Part shown: piece after piece, positions 29,093-39,660 of the stretch
Position numbering within the stretch: position 1 is the first letter of the stretch
Layout: each line of letters begins with the position of its first letter
Origin: Escherichia coli
Lineage (GTDB): Bacteria > Pseudomonadota > Gammaproteobacteria > Enterobacterales > Enterobacteriaceae
Direction: 5' to 3' (one strand)
DNA length: 64,000 nucleotides
Assembly (NCBI RefSeq): GCF_022846255.1
Contig: NZ_AP025682.1
Program-made: the position numbers and the translations under genes
The notes under the pieces: model-generated
What the model saw: the letters and a program-made list of their open reading frames with translations, nothing else
Databases searched by the model: none
What the model was told of the DNA's origin: nothing

Positions 29093-30946
29093 ATGAGACG
29101 ATTTCTGACGACGCTGATGATACTCCTGGTCGTGCTGGTGGCCGGGTTATCTGCGTTAGTGTTGCTGGTGAATCCGAATGATTTCCGCGACTATATGGTC
29201 AAGCAAGTTGCTGCACGTAGCGGTTATCAATTGCAGCTCGACGGGCCACTGCGTTGGCACGTCTGGCCGCAGCTTAGTATCCTCTCCGGGCGAATGTCTC
29301 TCACTGCCCAGGGCGCGAGCCAGCCACTGGTTCGCGCAGACAACATGCGTCTGGACGTGGCGCTTTTACCACTGCTGAGTCATCAACTGAGCGTTAAGCA
29401 GGTGATGCTAAAAGGGGCAGTGATCCAACTGACGCCGCAGACGGAAGCGGTGCGCAGTGAAGACGCTCCGGTTGCACCGCGCGACAATACCTTGCCGGAT
29501 CTGTCAGACGATCGCGGATGGTCGTTTGATATATCCAGTCTTAAGGTGGCGGACAGCGTGCTGGTGTTCCAGCATGAAGATGACGAGCAGGTGACAATCC
29601 GCAATATCCGCCTGCAAATGGAACAAGATCCCCAACATCGTGGCTCATTTGAGTTTTCCGGGCGGGTTAATCGCGATCAGCGCGATCTCACGATATCCCT
29701 TAACGGTACGGTGGATGCTTCTGATTATCCGCATGATTTAACGGCGGCTATTGAACAAATTAACTGGCAGTTGCAGGGTGCCGATTTACCAAAACAAGGT
29801 ATTCAGGGGCAGGGGAGTTTCCAGGTCCAGTGGCAGGAGTCACATAAACGCCTTTCATTTAACCAAATTAGTTTGACCGCCAATGACAGTACGCTGAGCG
29901 GGCAAGCACAGGTCACGTTGACAGAGAAACCGGAATGGCAGCTGAGACTGCAATTCCCGCAACTGAATCTTGACAACCTCATCCCCCTTAATGAAACAGC
30001 GAATGGTGAGAACGGTGCCGCGCAGCAAGGGCAGAGCCAATCAACGTTGCCGCGCCCGGTCATTTCTTCGCGTATTGATGAACCGGCCTATCAGGGACTG
30101 CAAGGCTTTACGGCTGATATTTTGTTGCAGGCCAGTAACGTGCGCTGGCGCGGAATGAATTTTACAGATGTTGCCACGCAAATGACCAACAAGTCGGGTT
30201 TGCTGGAAATTACTCAACTGCAGGGCAAACTTAACGGTGGACAGGTTTCACTGCCGGGCACGCTGGACGCGACATCAATAAATCCGCGGATAAACTTCCA
30301 GCCACGGCTGGAAAACGTTGAGATTGGCACCATTCTGAAGGCGTTTAACTATCCGATTTCGTTGACCGGAGAGATGTCACTGGCTGGTGATTTCTCCGGT
30401 GCTGACATAGATGCCGACGCATTCCGCCACAACTGGCAAGGACAGGCACATGTCGAAATGACCGACACACGCATGGAAGGGATGAACTTCCAGCAGATGA
30501 TTCAGCAAGCGGTAGAACGTAATGGTGGTGATGTGAAGGCCGCTGAAAACTTCGATAACGTGACGCGTCTTGACCGCTTTACCACCGATTTGACGTTGAA
30601 GGATGGCGTCGTGACGTTAAACGACATGCAAGGTCAATCGCCAGTGCTGGCGCTGACAGGGGAAGGCATGTTGAATCTGGCAGATCAAACCTGTGACACC
30701 CAGTTTGATATTCGGGTCGTGGGTGGCTGGAACGGGGAAAGCAAACTGATTGATTTCCTCAAAGAAACGCCAGTACCGCTGCGGGTTTATGGCAACTGGC
30801 AGCAACTTAATTACAGCCTGCAAGTGGATCAGTTACTGCGTAAACATCTACAGGATGAAGCAAAACGCCGTCTTAACGACTGGGCCGAGCGGAATAAAGA
30901 TTCCCGCAATGGCAAAGATGTGAAGAAGTTGCTGGAGAAGATGTAG
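29093..30946 (+). CDS. asmA: outer-membrane assembly protein AsmA (AsmA-like lipid-transport family)
   Basis: 617 aa with an N-terminal membrane anchor (LMILLVVLVAGLSALVLLV); downstream of dcd as in E. coli. Confidence 0.92.
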   Translation: MRRFLTTLMILLVVLVAGLSALVLLVNPNDFRDYMVKQVAARSGYQLQLDGPLRWHVWPQLSILSGRMSLTAQGASQPLVRADNMRLDVALLPLLSHQLSVKQVMLKGAVIQLTPQTEAVRSEDAPVAPRDNTLPDLSDDRGWSFDISSLKVADSVLVFQHEDDEQVTIRNIRLQMEQDPQHRGSFEFSGRVNRDQRDLTISLNGTVDASDYPHDLTAAIEQINWQLQGADLPKQGIQGQGSFQVQWQESHKRLSFNQISLTANDSTLSGQAQVTLTEKPEWQLRLQFPQLNLDNLIPLNETANGENGAAQQGQSQSTLPRPVISSRIDEPAYQGLQGFTADILLQASNVRWRGMNFTDVATQMTNKSGLLEITQLQGKLNGGQVSLPGTLDATSINPRINFQPRLENVEIGTILKAFNYPISLTGEMSLAGDFSGADIDADAFRHNWQGQAHVEMTDTRMEGMNFQQMIQQAVERNGGDVKAAENFDNVTRLDRFTTDLTLKDGVVTLNDMQGQSPVLALTGEGMLNLADQTCDTQFDIRVVGGWNGESKLIDFLKETPVPLRVYGNWQQLNYSLQVDQLLRKHLQDEAKRRLNDWAERNKDSRNGKDVKKLLEKM

Positions 30947-30966
30947 GTTACCAGGTGACCTGTCCT

Positions 30967-31007
30967 GTAGGCCTGATAAGACGCGTAAAGCGTCGCATCA
31001 GGCCTAC
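30967..31007. repeat. REP palindrome (gtaggcctgataagacgcg...cgtcgcatcaggcctac)
   Basis: Perfect REP-type inverted repeat between the convergent asmA and yegH. Confidence 0.6.
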
Positions 31008-31013
31008 ATGCCA

Positions 31014-32597
31014 TCACACCTCGTACTCCATCTCGCCATCCTTATGCAGCGGAATAATCTGTACCTTCTGCACGCGATGGCTTTCCACCTGCAACGTTTT
31101 AAGCAAATAATTCCCCACCTGAACTTCTTCGCCAGGTTTTGGAATACGTTGCAAATATTCCATCAATAGCCCGGCAATGGTGTGATATTCACGTTTTTCA
31201 TCCAGCGGCAACGGCACATATTGCACCAGATCTTCCAGCGGCATATGACCATTCGCCGTCCAGGAACCGTCCGCATTCTTCTGAATATCATGGCGGGCGT
31301 CGATCTCTTCCACTTCGTTCGGTAAGTTACCGGCAATGGTTTCAGTGACGTCACTTAATGTCACAATCCCTTCCACCGAGCCAAACTCATCCACCACAAA
31401 AGCAAAGTGTGTGCGGGCATTACGGAACTGCTCCAGGGCAGGTAACAACGGCAAGGTTTCCGGGAACACCAGCGGCTGACGAATCAACACCCGCAGGTTG
31501 AGCGGTTCGCCGCGCAGTGACTGTTGTAACAGGTCGATAACGTGAACAACACCGAGCAAATCTTCTGCGTCATCGCCATCAGTAACAACAAGCCGCGTAT
31601 GCTGATTTCGCTCCAGTAACTGGCGGATCTCGTCTTCCGGCGCGTTGAGATCGATATGCTCAATATCGTGGCGCGACGTCATAATGCTGCTGACGGTACG
31701 CTGGTTAAGATTAAGTACCCGCTCAATCATCCGCCGTTCCTGCGGATTAAAGATCTGCTGGTTACCATGATCCACCAGCATGGACGCGGTTTCGGCGTCC
31801 AGTTCCGCATCTTCTTTTTGCCCGCTAAGCAGGCGCATTACCGCTTCGGTAGTCCGCTGGCGCAGTGTCTGGTTAGCGGAAAGAAAACGTCGCCGGTTAA
31901 AGATAGCCAACTGATTGAGTGCCTCGATCATCACCGAGAAACCAATGGCAGCGTACAGGTAGCCTTTCGGAATGACGAAGCCGAAACCTTCCGCCACCAG
32001 GCTAAAGCCAATCATCAACAGGAAGCTTAAGCAGAGAATAACGATCGTCGGGTGACTGTTAACGAACTGGGTTAACGGCTTGCTGGCCATCAACATCAGG
32101 CTGATAGCGATAACCACGGCGGCCATCATGACCAGTAAATGGTCGACCATCCCGACGGCGGTAATCACCGAGTCGAGTGAGAAGATGGCGTCCAGTACCA
32201 CAATTTGTGTCACCACCCCCCAGAACTTCGCACCTTTGCGTTGGGTGGGGTTATTGCTGTCTTTCCCTTCCAGCCGTTCGTTCAGCTCCATCGTGGCTTT
32301 GAACAACAGGAAGAAACCACCAAACAGCATGATTAAGTCGCGGGCGCTAAAGGTAAACGAGCGGAAGCTGAACAGTGGTTGAGTCAGGGTGACCAGCCAG
32401 GAGATTGACGCCAGCAGTAACAGGCGCATTAACATCGCCAGCAGGAGCCCGGTAACCCGTGCGCGGTCGCGCTGCTTAGGCGGTAGTTTTTCGGCGAGGA
32501 TGGCAATAAAGACCAGGTTATCAATGCCGAGGACCAGTTCGATCACAATCAGCGTGATTAATCCAGCCCAGATAGACGGATCGGCAATCCATTCCAT
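31014..32597 (-). CDS. yegH: TerC-family membrane protein with CBS pair and CorC/HlyC-type transporter-associated domain (YegH)
   Basis: 527 aa from ATG at 32597 ([33 protein letters not shown]...). The supplied ORF start at 32663 is an extension. Confidence 0.88.
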   Translation of the reverse strand: MEWIADPSIWAGLITLIVIELVLGIDNLVFIAILAEKLPPKQRDRARVTGLLLAMLMRLLLLASISWLVTLTQPLFSFRSFTFSARDLIMLFGGFFLLFKATMELNERLEGKDSNNPTQRKGAKFWGVVTQIVVLDAIFSLDSVITAVGMVDHLLVMMAAVVIAISLMLMASKPLTQFVNSHPTIVILCLSFLLMIGFSLVAEGFGFVIPKGYLYAAIGFSVMIEALNQLAIFNRRRFLSANQTLRQRTTEAVMRLLSGQKEDAELDAETASMLVDHGNQQIFNPQERRMIERVLNLNQRTVSSIMTSRHDIEHIDLNAPEDEIRQLLERNQHTRLVVTDGDDAEDLLGVVHVIDLLQQSLRGEPLNLRVLIRQPLVFPETLPLLPALEQFRNARTHFAFVVDEFGSVEGIVTLSDVTETIAGNLPNEVEEIDARHDIQKNADGSWTANGHMPLEDLVQYVPLPLDEKREYHTIAGLLMEYLQRIPKPGEEVQVGNYLLKTLQVESHRVQKVQIIPLHKDGEMEYEV

Positions 32598-33038
32598 AGT
32601 AAGTACAAAACCTATTCGTTGTATGACAAATGTCACAATTCGATCATGGATAAATCGGGGCAAAAATGCAATGTTGCAGCACTATTTATCTCATATTATT
32701 TGAGGGTTATAACTTCACATTATCCCCGAATTATAAGTGGTAATAATAAAGCGTTATTTAAGAAATATCGCATGTGGAGACGCCATATTAAATATTGTCA
32801 ACCTAAAGAAACTCCTAAAAACCATATTGAATGACACTTAATATAATTCTTAAAAATAGCCAATTGCCGAATTGTTACCTTGCCTGCTATTCCGTTAGCT
32901 GTAACACTTCCTCCTGCATTATTGGAGAGCCAATATTCAATTACCATAATGTCACCTTATATTCGGAAATTAATTTCCGCAATAACCCTTTCTCATCAAC
33001 GACTGTATGCAGAGAGGGTTTGAAAAATTAAACTAAAT

Positions 33039-33077
33039 CAGTGTGTTGGTAGCTAAAAAGCCAGGGGCGGTAGCGTG
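33039..33077 (+). promoter_or_regulatory. JUMPstart element with ops site (GGCGGTAGCGTG at 33066-33077) in the colanic acid operon leader
   Basis: Exact ops consensus GGCGGTAGnnTG preceded by GGTAGC, about 180 bp upstream of wza; the RfaH-dependent anti-termination signal known for cps operons. Confidence 0.75.
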
Positions 33078-33255
33078 TCTGGATGCCTGAAAGACCAGTC
33101 TGAATTATTCTGTCAATAGCCTGCGGATGAAATCAATTTTTTTAGGACTGATGCCAGTTAAATTTTTATTCAATTAACTGCAAGGTAAATGTGCATGGCG
33201 ACATTGCTATTAATAGTGCACAGGATAATTACTCTGCCAAAGTGATAAATAAACA

Positions 33256-34395
33256 ATGATGAAATCCAAAATGAAATTGATGCCATTATTGGTGTCAGTA
33301 ACCTTGATAAGCGGTTGCACAGTACTTCCGGGCAGCAATATGTCGACGATGGGGAAAGACGTCATCAAACAGCAGGACGCTGATTTCGACCTCGACAAAA
33401 TGGTGAATGTTTATCCGTTAACCCCGCGCCTGATTGATCAATTACGCCCACGACCCAACGTAGCGCGCCCCAATATGACGCTGGAAAGTGAGATCGCGAA
33501 TTACCAGTATCGCGTCGGGCCGGGGGACGTTCTTAATGTCACCGTCTGGGATCACCCGGAACTCACCACGCCAGCCGGTCAGTACCGCAGCTCCAGCGAC
33601 ACCGGCAACTGGGTACAGCCTGACGGCACCATGTTCTACCCGTATATCGGCAAGGTTCACGTCGTGGGGAAAACGCTCGCTGAAATCCGCAGTGATATTA
33701 CCGGGCGCTTAGCGACGTACATCTCTGACCCGCAGGTGGACGTTAATATCGCCGCCTTCCGCTCGCAAAAAGCCTATATCTCCGGTCAGGTGAATAAATC
33801 CGGTCAACAGGCGATTACCAACGTGCCTCTGACCATTCTCGACGCTATCAACGCCGCAGGTGGCCTGACCGACACCGCTGACTGGCGCAACGTGGTGCTA
33901 ACACACAATGGTCGTGAAGAGCGCATTTCTTTGCAGGCGCTGATGCAAAACGGCGACCTCAATCAGAACCGACTGCTTTACCCCGGCGATATTCTTTACG
34001 TGCCACGTAATGATGATCTGAAAGTGTTTGTGATGGGTGAAGTGAAGAAACAGAGCACCCTGAAAATGGACTTTAGCGGCATGACCCTGACTGAAGCCCT
34101 GGGCAATGCTGAAGGCATCGACATGACCACCTCCAACGCCAGCGGCATCTTTGTCATTCGTCCGCTGAAAGGCGAGAGCGGGCGTAACGGCAAGATTGCC
34201 AATATCTACCAGCTGGATATGTCCGATGCGACGTCGCTGGTAATGGCGACAGAATTCCGCCTGCAACCTTATGACGTGGTGTATGTCACCACCGCCCCGG
34301 TATCCCGCTGGAACCGTCTGATCAATCAGTTGCTGCCAACTATTAGCGGTGTCCGTTACATGACGGATACAGCCAGCGACATTCATAACTGGTAA
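33256..34395 (+). CDS. wza: outer-membrane polysaccharide export lipoprotein Wza
   Basis: 379 aa; lipoprotein signal (LISGC); first gene of the colanic acid cluster. Confidence 0.95.
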   Translation: MMKSKMKLMPLLVSVTLISGCTVLPGSNMSTMGKDVIKQQDADFDLDKMVNVYPLTPRLIDQLRPRPNVARPNMTLESEIANYQYRVGPGDVLNVTVWDHPELTTPAGQYRSSSDTGNWVQPDGTMFYPYIGKVHVVGKTLAEIRSDITGRLATYISDPQVDVNIAAFRSQKAYISGQVNKSGQQAITNVPLTILDAINAAGGLTDTADWRNVVLTHNGREERISLQALMQNGDLNQNRLLYPGDILYVPRNDDLKVFVMGEVKKQSTLKMDFSGMTLTEALGNAEGIDMTTSNASGIFVIRPLKGESGRNGKIANIYQLDMSDATSLVMATEFRLQPYDVVYVTTAPVSRWNRLINQLLPTISGVRYMTDTASDIHNW

Positions 34396-34400
34396 TCGTC

Positions 34401-34844
34401 ATGTTTAACAACATTTTAGTTGTCTGTGTCGGCAATATTTGCCGTTCCCCGACGGCGGAACGCTTACTGCAACGTTATCACCCGGAGCTGAAAGTGGAGT
34501 CCGCTGGACTCGGCGCGCTGGTCGGTAAGGGCGCTGACCCTACTGCTATCAGCGTCGCCGCAGAACATCAACTGTCTCTGGAAGGTCACTGTGCACGGCA
34601 AATCAGCCGTCGCCTGTGTCGCAACTACGACCTGATTTTGACCATGGAAAAGCGCCATATCGAACGCTTATGCGAGATGGCACCTGAGATGCGCGGCAAA
34701 GTGATGCTGTTTGGTCACTGGGATAACGAATGTGAAATCCCCGATCCGTATCGCAAAAGCCGGGAAACGTTTGCAGCGGTGTACACATTACTTGAACGGT
34801 CTGCCCGCCAGTGGGCGCAGGCATTGAACGCAGAGCAGGTATAA
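34401..34844 (+). CDS. wzb: low-molecular-weight protein-tyrosine phosphatase Wzb
   Basis: 147 aa; CX5R P-loop (VCVGNICRSP). Confidence 0.95.
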   Translation: MFNNILVVCVGNICRSPTAERLLQRYHPELKVESAGLGALVGKGADPTAISVAAEHQLSLEGHCARQISRRLCRNYDLILTMEKRHIERLCEMAPEMRGKVMLFGHWDNECEIPDPYRKSRETFAAVYTLLERSARQWAQALNAEQV

Positions 34845-34846
34845 GA

Positions 34847-37009
34847 ATGACAGAAAAAGTAAAACAACATGCCGCTCCGGTAACGGGCAGTGATGAAATC
34901 GATATTGGTCGCCTGGTCGGCACCGTCATTGAAGCGCGCTGGTGGGTGATTGGCATCACCGCTGTATTTGCCCTCTGTTCCGTGGTTTACACTTTCTTCG
35001 CCACGCCGATTTATAGTGCCGACGCACTGGTACAAATCGAGCAAAACAGTGGCAATTCGTTAGTGCAGGACATTGGTTCGGCATTAGCCAACAAACCGCC
35101 AGCATCGGACGCCGAGATCCAGTTGATTCGTTCGCGTCTGGTGCTTGGTAAAACGGTGGACGATCTCGACCTCGATATTGCGGTGAGCAAAAACACGTTC
35201 CCGATTTTCGGTGCGGGCTGGGATCGCCTGATGGGACGTCAGAACGAGACGGTGAAAGTGACCACCTTTAACCGCCCGAAAGAGATGGCGGATCGGGTGT
35301 TTACGCTTAATGTGCTTGATGACAAAAACTACACCCTGAGCAGTGATGGCGGCTTTAGCGCCCGTGGGCAAGCGGGCCAGATGCTGAAAAAAGAAGGCGT
35401 CACGCTGATGGTTGAAGCTATTCACGCCAGCCCGGGGAGTGAGTTTACCGTCACCAAATACTCCACGCTGGGGATGATCAACCAACTGCAAAACAGCCTG
35501 ACGGTAACGGAGAACGGCAAAGACGCAGGCGTACTGAGCTTGACTTATACCGGTGAAGATCGCGAACAGATCCGCGACATTCTTAACAGCATCGCCCGTA
35601 ACTATCAGGAGCAAAATATTGAGCGCAAATCGGCGGAAGCGTCGAAAAGCCTCGCCTTCCTCGCGCAACAGTTGCCGGAAGTACGTAGCCGCCTTGATGT
35701 TGCCGAAAACAAACTGAATGCCTTCCGTCAGGATAAAGATTCTGTTGATCTGCCGCTGGAAGCAAAAGCGGTGCTCGATTCGATGGTGAACATCGACGCG
35801 CAGTTGAACGAACTGACCTTTAAAGAGGCGGAAATCTCCAAGCTGTACACCAAAGTTCATCCGGCGTACCGCACGCTGCTGGAGAAACGGCAGGCGCTGG
35901 AAGACGAAAAAGCCAAACTTAATGGTCGCGTAACGGCGATGCCGAAAACCCAGCAGGAAATTGTCCGTCTGACCCGCGATGTCGAGTCTGGGCAGCAGGT
36001 CTATATGCAACTGCTGAATAAAGAGCAGGAGCTGAAAATCACCGAAGCCAGCACCGTCGGCGATGTGCGCATTGTTGACCCGGCAATCACCCAGCCAGGT
36101 GTACTGAAACCGAAGAAAGGGCTGATTATCCTTGGGGCGATTATCCTTGGCCTGATGCTCTCTATCGTGGGTGTGCTGCTGCGCTCGTTGTTTAATCGCG
36201 GTATCGAAAGCCCGCAGGTGCTGGAAGAACACGGTATCAGCGTCTATGCCAGCATCCCGCTGTCGGAGTGGCAGAAAGCGCGCGATAGCGTCAAAACCAT
36301 CAAAGGGATTAAACGCTATAAACAGAGCCAGCTACTGGCGGTGGGGAATCCAACCGATCTGGCGATTGAAGCCATCCGTAGTCTGCGTACCAGTCTGCAC
36401 TTCGCGATGATGCAGGCACAGAACAATGTGTTGATGATGACCGGGGTTAGCCCGTCAATCGGTAAAACCTTTGTCTGCGCCAACCTGGCGGCGGTGATTA
36501 GCCAGACCAATAAACGGGTGTTGTTGATCGACTGCGATATGCGCAAAGGCTACACCCACGAGCTGTTGGGCACTAATAACGTTAATGGCCTGTCGGAAAT
36601 TCTGATTGGTCAGGGCGATATTACTACCGCTGCTAAACCGACCTCTATTGCCAAATTTGATCTGATCCCGCGCGGTCAGGTTCCGCCAAATCCTTCTGAA
36701 CTGTTGATGAGCGAACGTTTTGCCGAACTGGTGAACTGGGCGAGTAAAAACTACGACCTGGTGTTGATTGATACGCCGCCGATTCTGGCAGTGACCGATG
36801 CGGCAATTGTTGGTCGTCATGTCGGAACCACGTTGATGGTGGCGCGTTATGCAGTCAACACATTGAAAGAAGTGGAAACCAGTCTGAGCCGCTTTGAGCA
36901 AAACGGTATTCCGGTGAAAGGGGTGATTCTGAACTCCATCTTCCGCCGCGCCAGCGCATATCAGGATTATGGCTATTACGAATACGAATATAAGTCGGAC
37001 GCGAAATAA
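34847..37009 (+). CDS. wzc: tyrosine autokinase / polysaccharide co-polymerase Wzc
   Basis: 720 aa from ATG at 34847 (MTEKVKQHAAP...); Walker A (SPSIGKT); C-terminal Tyr-rich tail (YQDYGYYEYEYKSDAK). Confidence 0.93.
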   Translation: MTEKVKQHAAPVTGSDEIDIGRLVGTVIEARWWVIGITAVFALCSVVYTFFATPIYSADALVQIEQNSGNSLVQDIGSALANKPPASDAEIQLIRSRLVLGKTVDDLDLDIAVSKNTFPIFGAGWDRLMGRQNETVKVTTFNRPKEMADRVFTLNVLDDKNYTLSSDGGFSARGQAGQMLKKEGVTLMVEAIHASPGSEFTVTKYSTLGMINQLQNSLTVTENGKDAGVLSLTYTGEDREQIRDILNSIARNYQEQNIERKSAEASKSLAFLAQQLPEVRSRLDVAENKLNAFRQDKDSVDLPLEAKAVLDSMVNIDAQLNELTFKEAEISKLYTKVHPAYRTLLEKRQALEDEKAKLNGRVTAMPKTQQEIVRLTRDVESGQQVYMQLLNKEQELKITEASTVGDVRIVDPAITQPGVLKPKKGLIILGAIILGLMLSIVGVLLRSLFNRGIESPQVLEEHGISVYASIPLSEWQKARDSVKTIKGIKRYKQSQLLAVGNPTDLAIEAIRSLRTSLHFAMMQAQNNVLMMTGVSPSIGKTFVCANLAAVISQTNKRVLLIDCDMRKGYTHELLGTNNVNGLSEILIGQGDITTAAKPTSIAKFDLIPRGQVPPNPSELLMSERFAELVNWASKNYDLVLIDTPPILAVTDAAIVGRHVGTTLMVARYAVNTLKEVETSLSRFEQNGIPVKGVILNSIFRRASAYQDYGYYEYEYKSDAK

Positions 37010-37047
37010 CGAGGCCGGTTGCCCGATACCTGCATTCGCACCGCCCC

Positions 37048-37084
37048 GTAGGCCGGATAAGGCGTTCACGCCGCATCCGGCAAG
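37048..37084. repeat. REP palindrome between wzc and wcaA
   Basis: gtaggccggataaggcgttcacgccgcatccggcaag. Confidence 0.55.
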
Positions 37085-37115
37085 CAAACCAGCTCATAAG
37101 CCGGGAGAACAACCT

Positions 37116-37955
37116 ATGAAAGACAATCCGCTGATTTCAATCTATATGCCGACCTGGAACCGCCAACAACTGGCGATTCGGGCGATAAAATCGGTCCTGC
37201 GCCAGGACTACAGTAACTGGGAGATGATCATCGTGGATGATTGCTCCACCTCCTGGGAACAACTCCAACAGTACGTCACCGCCCTCAACGATCCGCGTAT
37301 CACTTACATTCACAACGACATTAACAGCGGAGCGTGCGCGGTACGTAACCAGGCGATTATGCTGGCGCAAGGGGAATACATCACCGGGATCGATGATGAT
37401 GATGAATGGACACCCAACCGCCTGAGCGTCTTCCTCGCCCATAAACAGCAACTGGTCACAAACGCCTTTTTGTACGCTAACGACTACGTTTGCCAGGGCG
37501 AAGTCTATTCCCAACCGGCAAGTTTGCCGCTGTATCCCAAATCGCCGTATTCACGCCGCCTGTTTTACAAACGCAATATCATTGGCAATCAGGTCTTTAC
37601 CTGGGCGTGGCGTTTCAAAGAGTGCTTGTTCGATACCGAACTGAAAGCGGCACAGGATTACGACATCTTCCTGCGGATGGTGGTGGAGTACGGCGAACCG
37701 TGGAAAGTAGAAGAGGCGACGCAGATCCTGCATATCAATCACGGCGAAATGCAGATCACCTCGTCACCGAAAAAATTCTCCGGATACTTCCACTTTTACC
37801 GCAAGCACAAAGACAAATTCGACCGCGCCAGCAAAAAATATCAGCTGTTTACCCTCTACCAGATCCGCAATAAACGCATGACCTGGCGCACTTTGCTGAC
37901 GCTGCTGTCGGTGCGTAACGGCAAACGTCTGGCTGATGGTATTCGGGGGCGCTAA
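37116..37955 (+). CDS. wcaA: colanic acid glycosyltransferase WcaA (GT2 family)
   Basis: 279 aa from ATG at 37116 (MKDNPLISIYMPTWNRQQ...); GT-A DxD motif (DDDDEW). Confidence 0.9.
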   Translation: MKDNPLISIYMPTWNRQQLAIRAIKSVLRQDYSNWEMIIVDDCSTSWEQLQQYVTALNDPRITYIHNDINSGACAVRNQAIMLAQGEYITGIDDDDEWTPNRLSVFLAHKQQLVTNAFLYANDYVCQGEVYSQPASLPLYPKSPYSRRLFYKRNIIGNQVFTWAWRFKECLFDTELKAAQDYDIFLRMVVEYGEPWKVEEATQILHINHGEMQITSSPKKFSGYFHFYRKHKDKFDRASKKYQLFTLYQIRNKRMTWRTLLTLLSVRNGKRLADGIRGR

Positions 37956-37957
37956 AG

Positions 37958-38446
37958 ATGCTGGAAGATCTGCGCGCCAACAGCTGGAGTTTACGCCCGT
38001 GCTGCATGGTTCTCGCCTATCGCGCTGCTCATTTTTGTTCGGTGTGGCGCAAAAAGAACGTCCTCAACAATCTTTGGGCGGCCCCGCTGCTGGTGCTGTA
38101 TCGCATTATCACCGAATGCTTTTTCGGTTATGAAATCCAGGCCGCCGCGACCATTGGCCGACGCTTTACTATCCATCACGGTTACGCCGTAGTGATCAAT
38201 AAAAACGTGGTAGCGGGGGATGATTTCACCATTCGTCACGGCGTCACTATCGGCAATCGTGGTGCCGATAACATGGCATGTCCACACATTGGCAACGGCG
38301 TCGAACTCGGTGCCAACGTCATTATTCTTGGTGATATCACGATTGGTAACAACGTCACCGTGGGCGCGGGCAGCGTGGTGCTCGACTCTGTCCCGGACAA
38401 CGCGCTGGTGGTGGGAGAAAAAGCGCGAGTGAAGGTAATTAAATGA
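37958..38446 (+). CDS. wcaB: colanic acid acetyltransferase WcaB (hexapeptide-repeat family)
   Basis: 162 aa; left-handed beta-helix hexapeptide repeats. Confidence 0.9.
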   Translation: MLEDLRANSWSLRPCCMVLAYRAAHFCSVWRKKNVLNNLWAAPLLVLYRIITECFFGYEIQAAATIGRRFTIHHGYAVVINKNVVAGDDFTIRHGVTIGNRGADNMACPHIGNGVELGANVIILGDITIGNNVTVGAGSVVLDSVPDNALVVGEKARVKVIK

Positions 38447-39660
38447 ATATTCTGCAATTTAATGTGCGACTGGCGGAAGGCGGGGCAGCAGGTGTGGCGT
38501 TAGATCTCCACCAGCGCGCGCTGCAACAGGGGCTGGCGTCACATTTTGTCTACGGCTACGGCAAAGGCGGCAAAGAGAGCGTCAGCCATCAGAACTATCC
38601 GCAGGTCATCAAACATACGCCACGGATGACCGCGATGGCGAACATTGCGTTGTTTCGTCTGCTTAATCGCGATCTGTTCGGCAATTTCAATGAGTTATAT
38701 CGCACCATTACTCGCACACCGGGCCCGGTGGTTCTGCATTTTCATGTGCTGCACAGCTACTGGTTGAATCTTAAGAGCGTGGTGCGCTTTTGCGAAAAAG
38801 TGAAAAACCATAAACCGGATGTCACTCTGGTCTGGACGCTACACGACCATTGGAGCGTTACCGGACGCTGCGCCTTTACCGACGGTTGCGAAGGCTGGAA
38901 AACGGGCTGCCAGAAATGCCCGACCTTAAATAACTATCCACCGGTAAAGATTGATCGCGCGCACCAGCTGGTGGCGGGCAAACGGCAGTTATTTCGCGAG
39001 ATGCTGGCGCTGGGCTGTCAGTTTATTTCCCCCAGCCAGCATGTGGCTGATGCTTTCAATAGTCTGTACGGTCCAGGGCGTTGCCGGATTATCAATAATG
39101 GCATTGATATGGCAACCGAAGCGATTCTGGCGGACTTGCCTCCGGTGCGCGAAACTCAGGGCAAGCCGAAAATCGCGGTGGTAGCGCATGACCTGCGTTA
39201 CGACGGCAAGACTAACCAGCAACTGGTGCGTGAGATGATGGCGCTGGGCGACAAAATCGAACTACATACCTTCGGTAAGTTCTCGCCGTTCACCGCTGGC
39301 AACGTGGTTAATCACGGCTTTGAAACTGACAAGCGCAAGTTGATGAGCGCGCTCAATCAGATGGATGCGCTGGTATTCAGTTCTCGCGTCGATAACTACC
39401 CACTGATTTTGTGTGAGGCGCTATCGATTGGTGTGCCGGTGATTGCCACCCATAGCGATGCGGCGCGGGAAGTGCTGCAAAAATCCGGTGGTAAAACCGT
39501 CAGCGAAGAAGATGTGCTGCAACTGGTGCAGTTAAGCAAACCGGAAATCGCACAGGCGATATTTGGTACCACGCTGGCTGAGTTCAGCCAGCGCAGCCGC
39601 GCCGCCTACAGTGGACAACAGATGCTGGAGGAGTATGTCAACTTCTATCAGAATCTGTAG
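38443..39660 (+). CDS. wcaC: colanic acid glycosyltransferase WcaC (GT4 family)
   Basis: 405 aa; position and length match wcaC. Confidence 0.9.
   Translation: MNILQFNVRLAEGGAAGVALDLHQRALQQGLASHFVYGYGKGGKESVSHQNYPQVIKHTPRMTAMANIALFRLLNRDLFGNFNELYRTITRTPGPVVLHFHVLHSYWLNLKSVVRFCEKVKNHKPDVTLVWTLHDHWSVTGRCAFTDGCEGWKTGCQKCPTLNNYPPVKIDRAHQLVAGKRQLFREMLALGCQFISPSQHVADAFNSLYGPGRCRIINNGIDMATEAILADLPPVRETQGKPKIAVVAHDLRYDGKTNQQLVREMMALGDKIELHTFGKFSPFTAGNVVNHGFETDKRKLMSALNQMDALVFSSRVDNYPLILCEALSIGVPVIATHSDAAREVLQKSGGKTVSEEDVLQLVQLSKPEIAQAIFGTTLAEFSQRSRAAYSGQQMLEEYVNFYQNL

Noticed and set aside
32619-33031. Two small ORFs (71 and 66 aa) in the yegH-wza intergenic region
   Set aside because: The region is an AT-rich leader carrying the JUMPstart/ops element; the ORFs have no RBS and low-complexity translations.
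35084-36232. 382-aa ORF on the minus strand
   Set aside because: Lies antisense within wzc; the product is Arg/His-rich and low-complexity.
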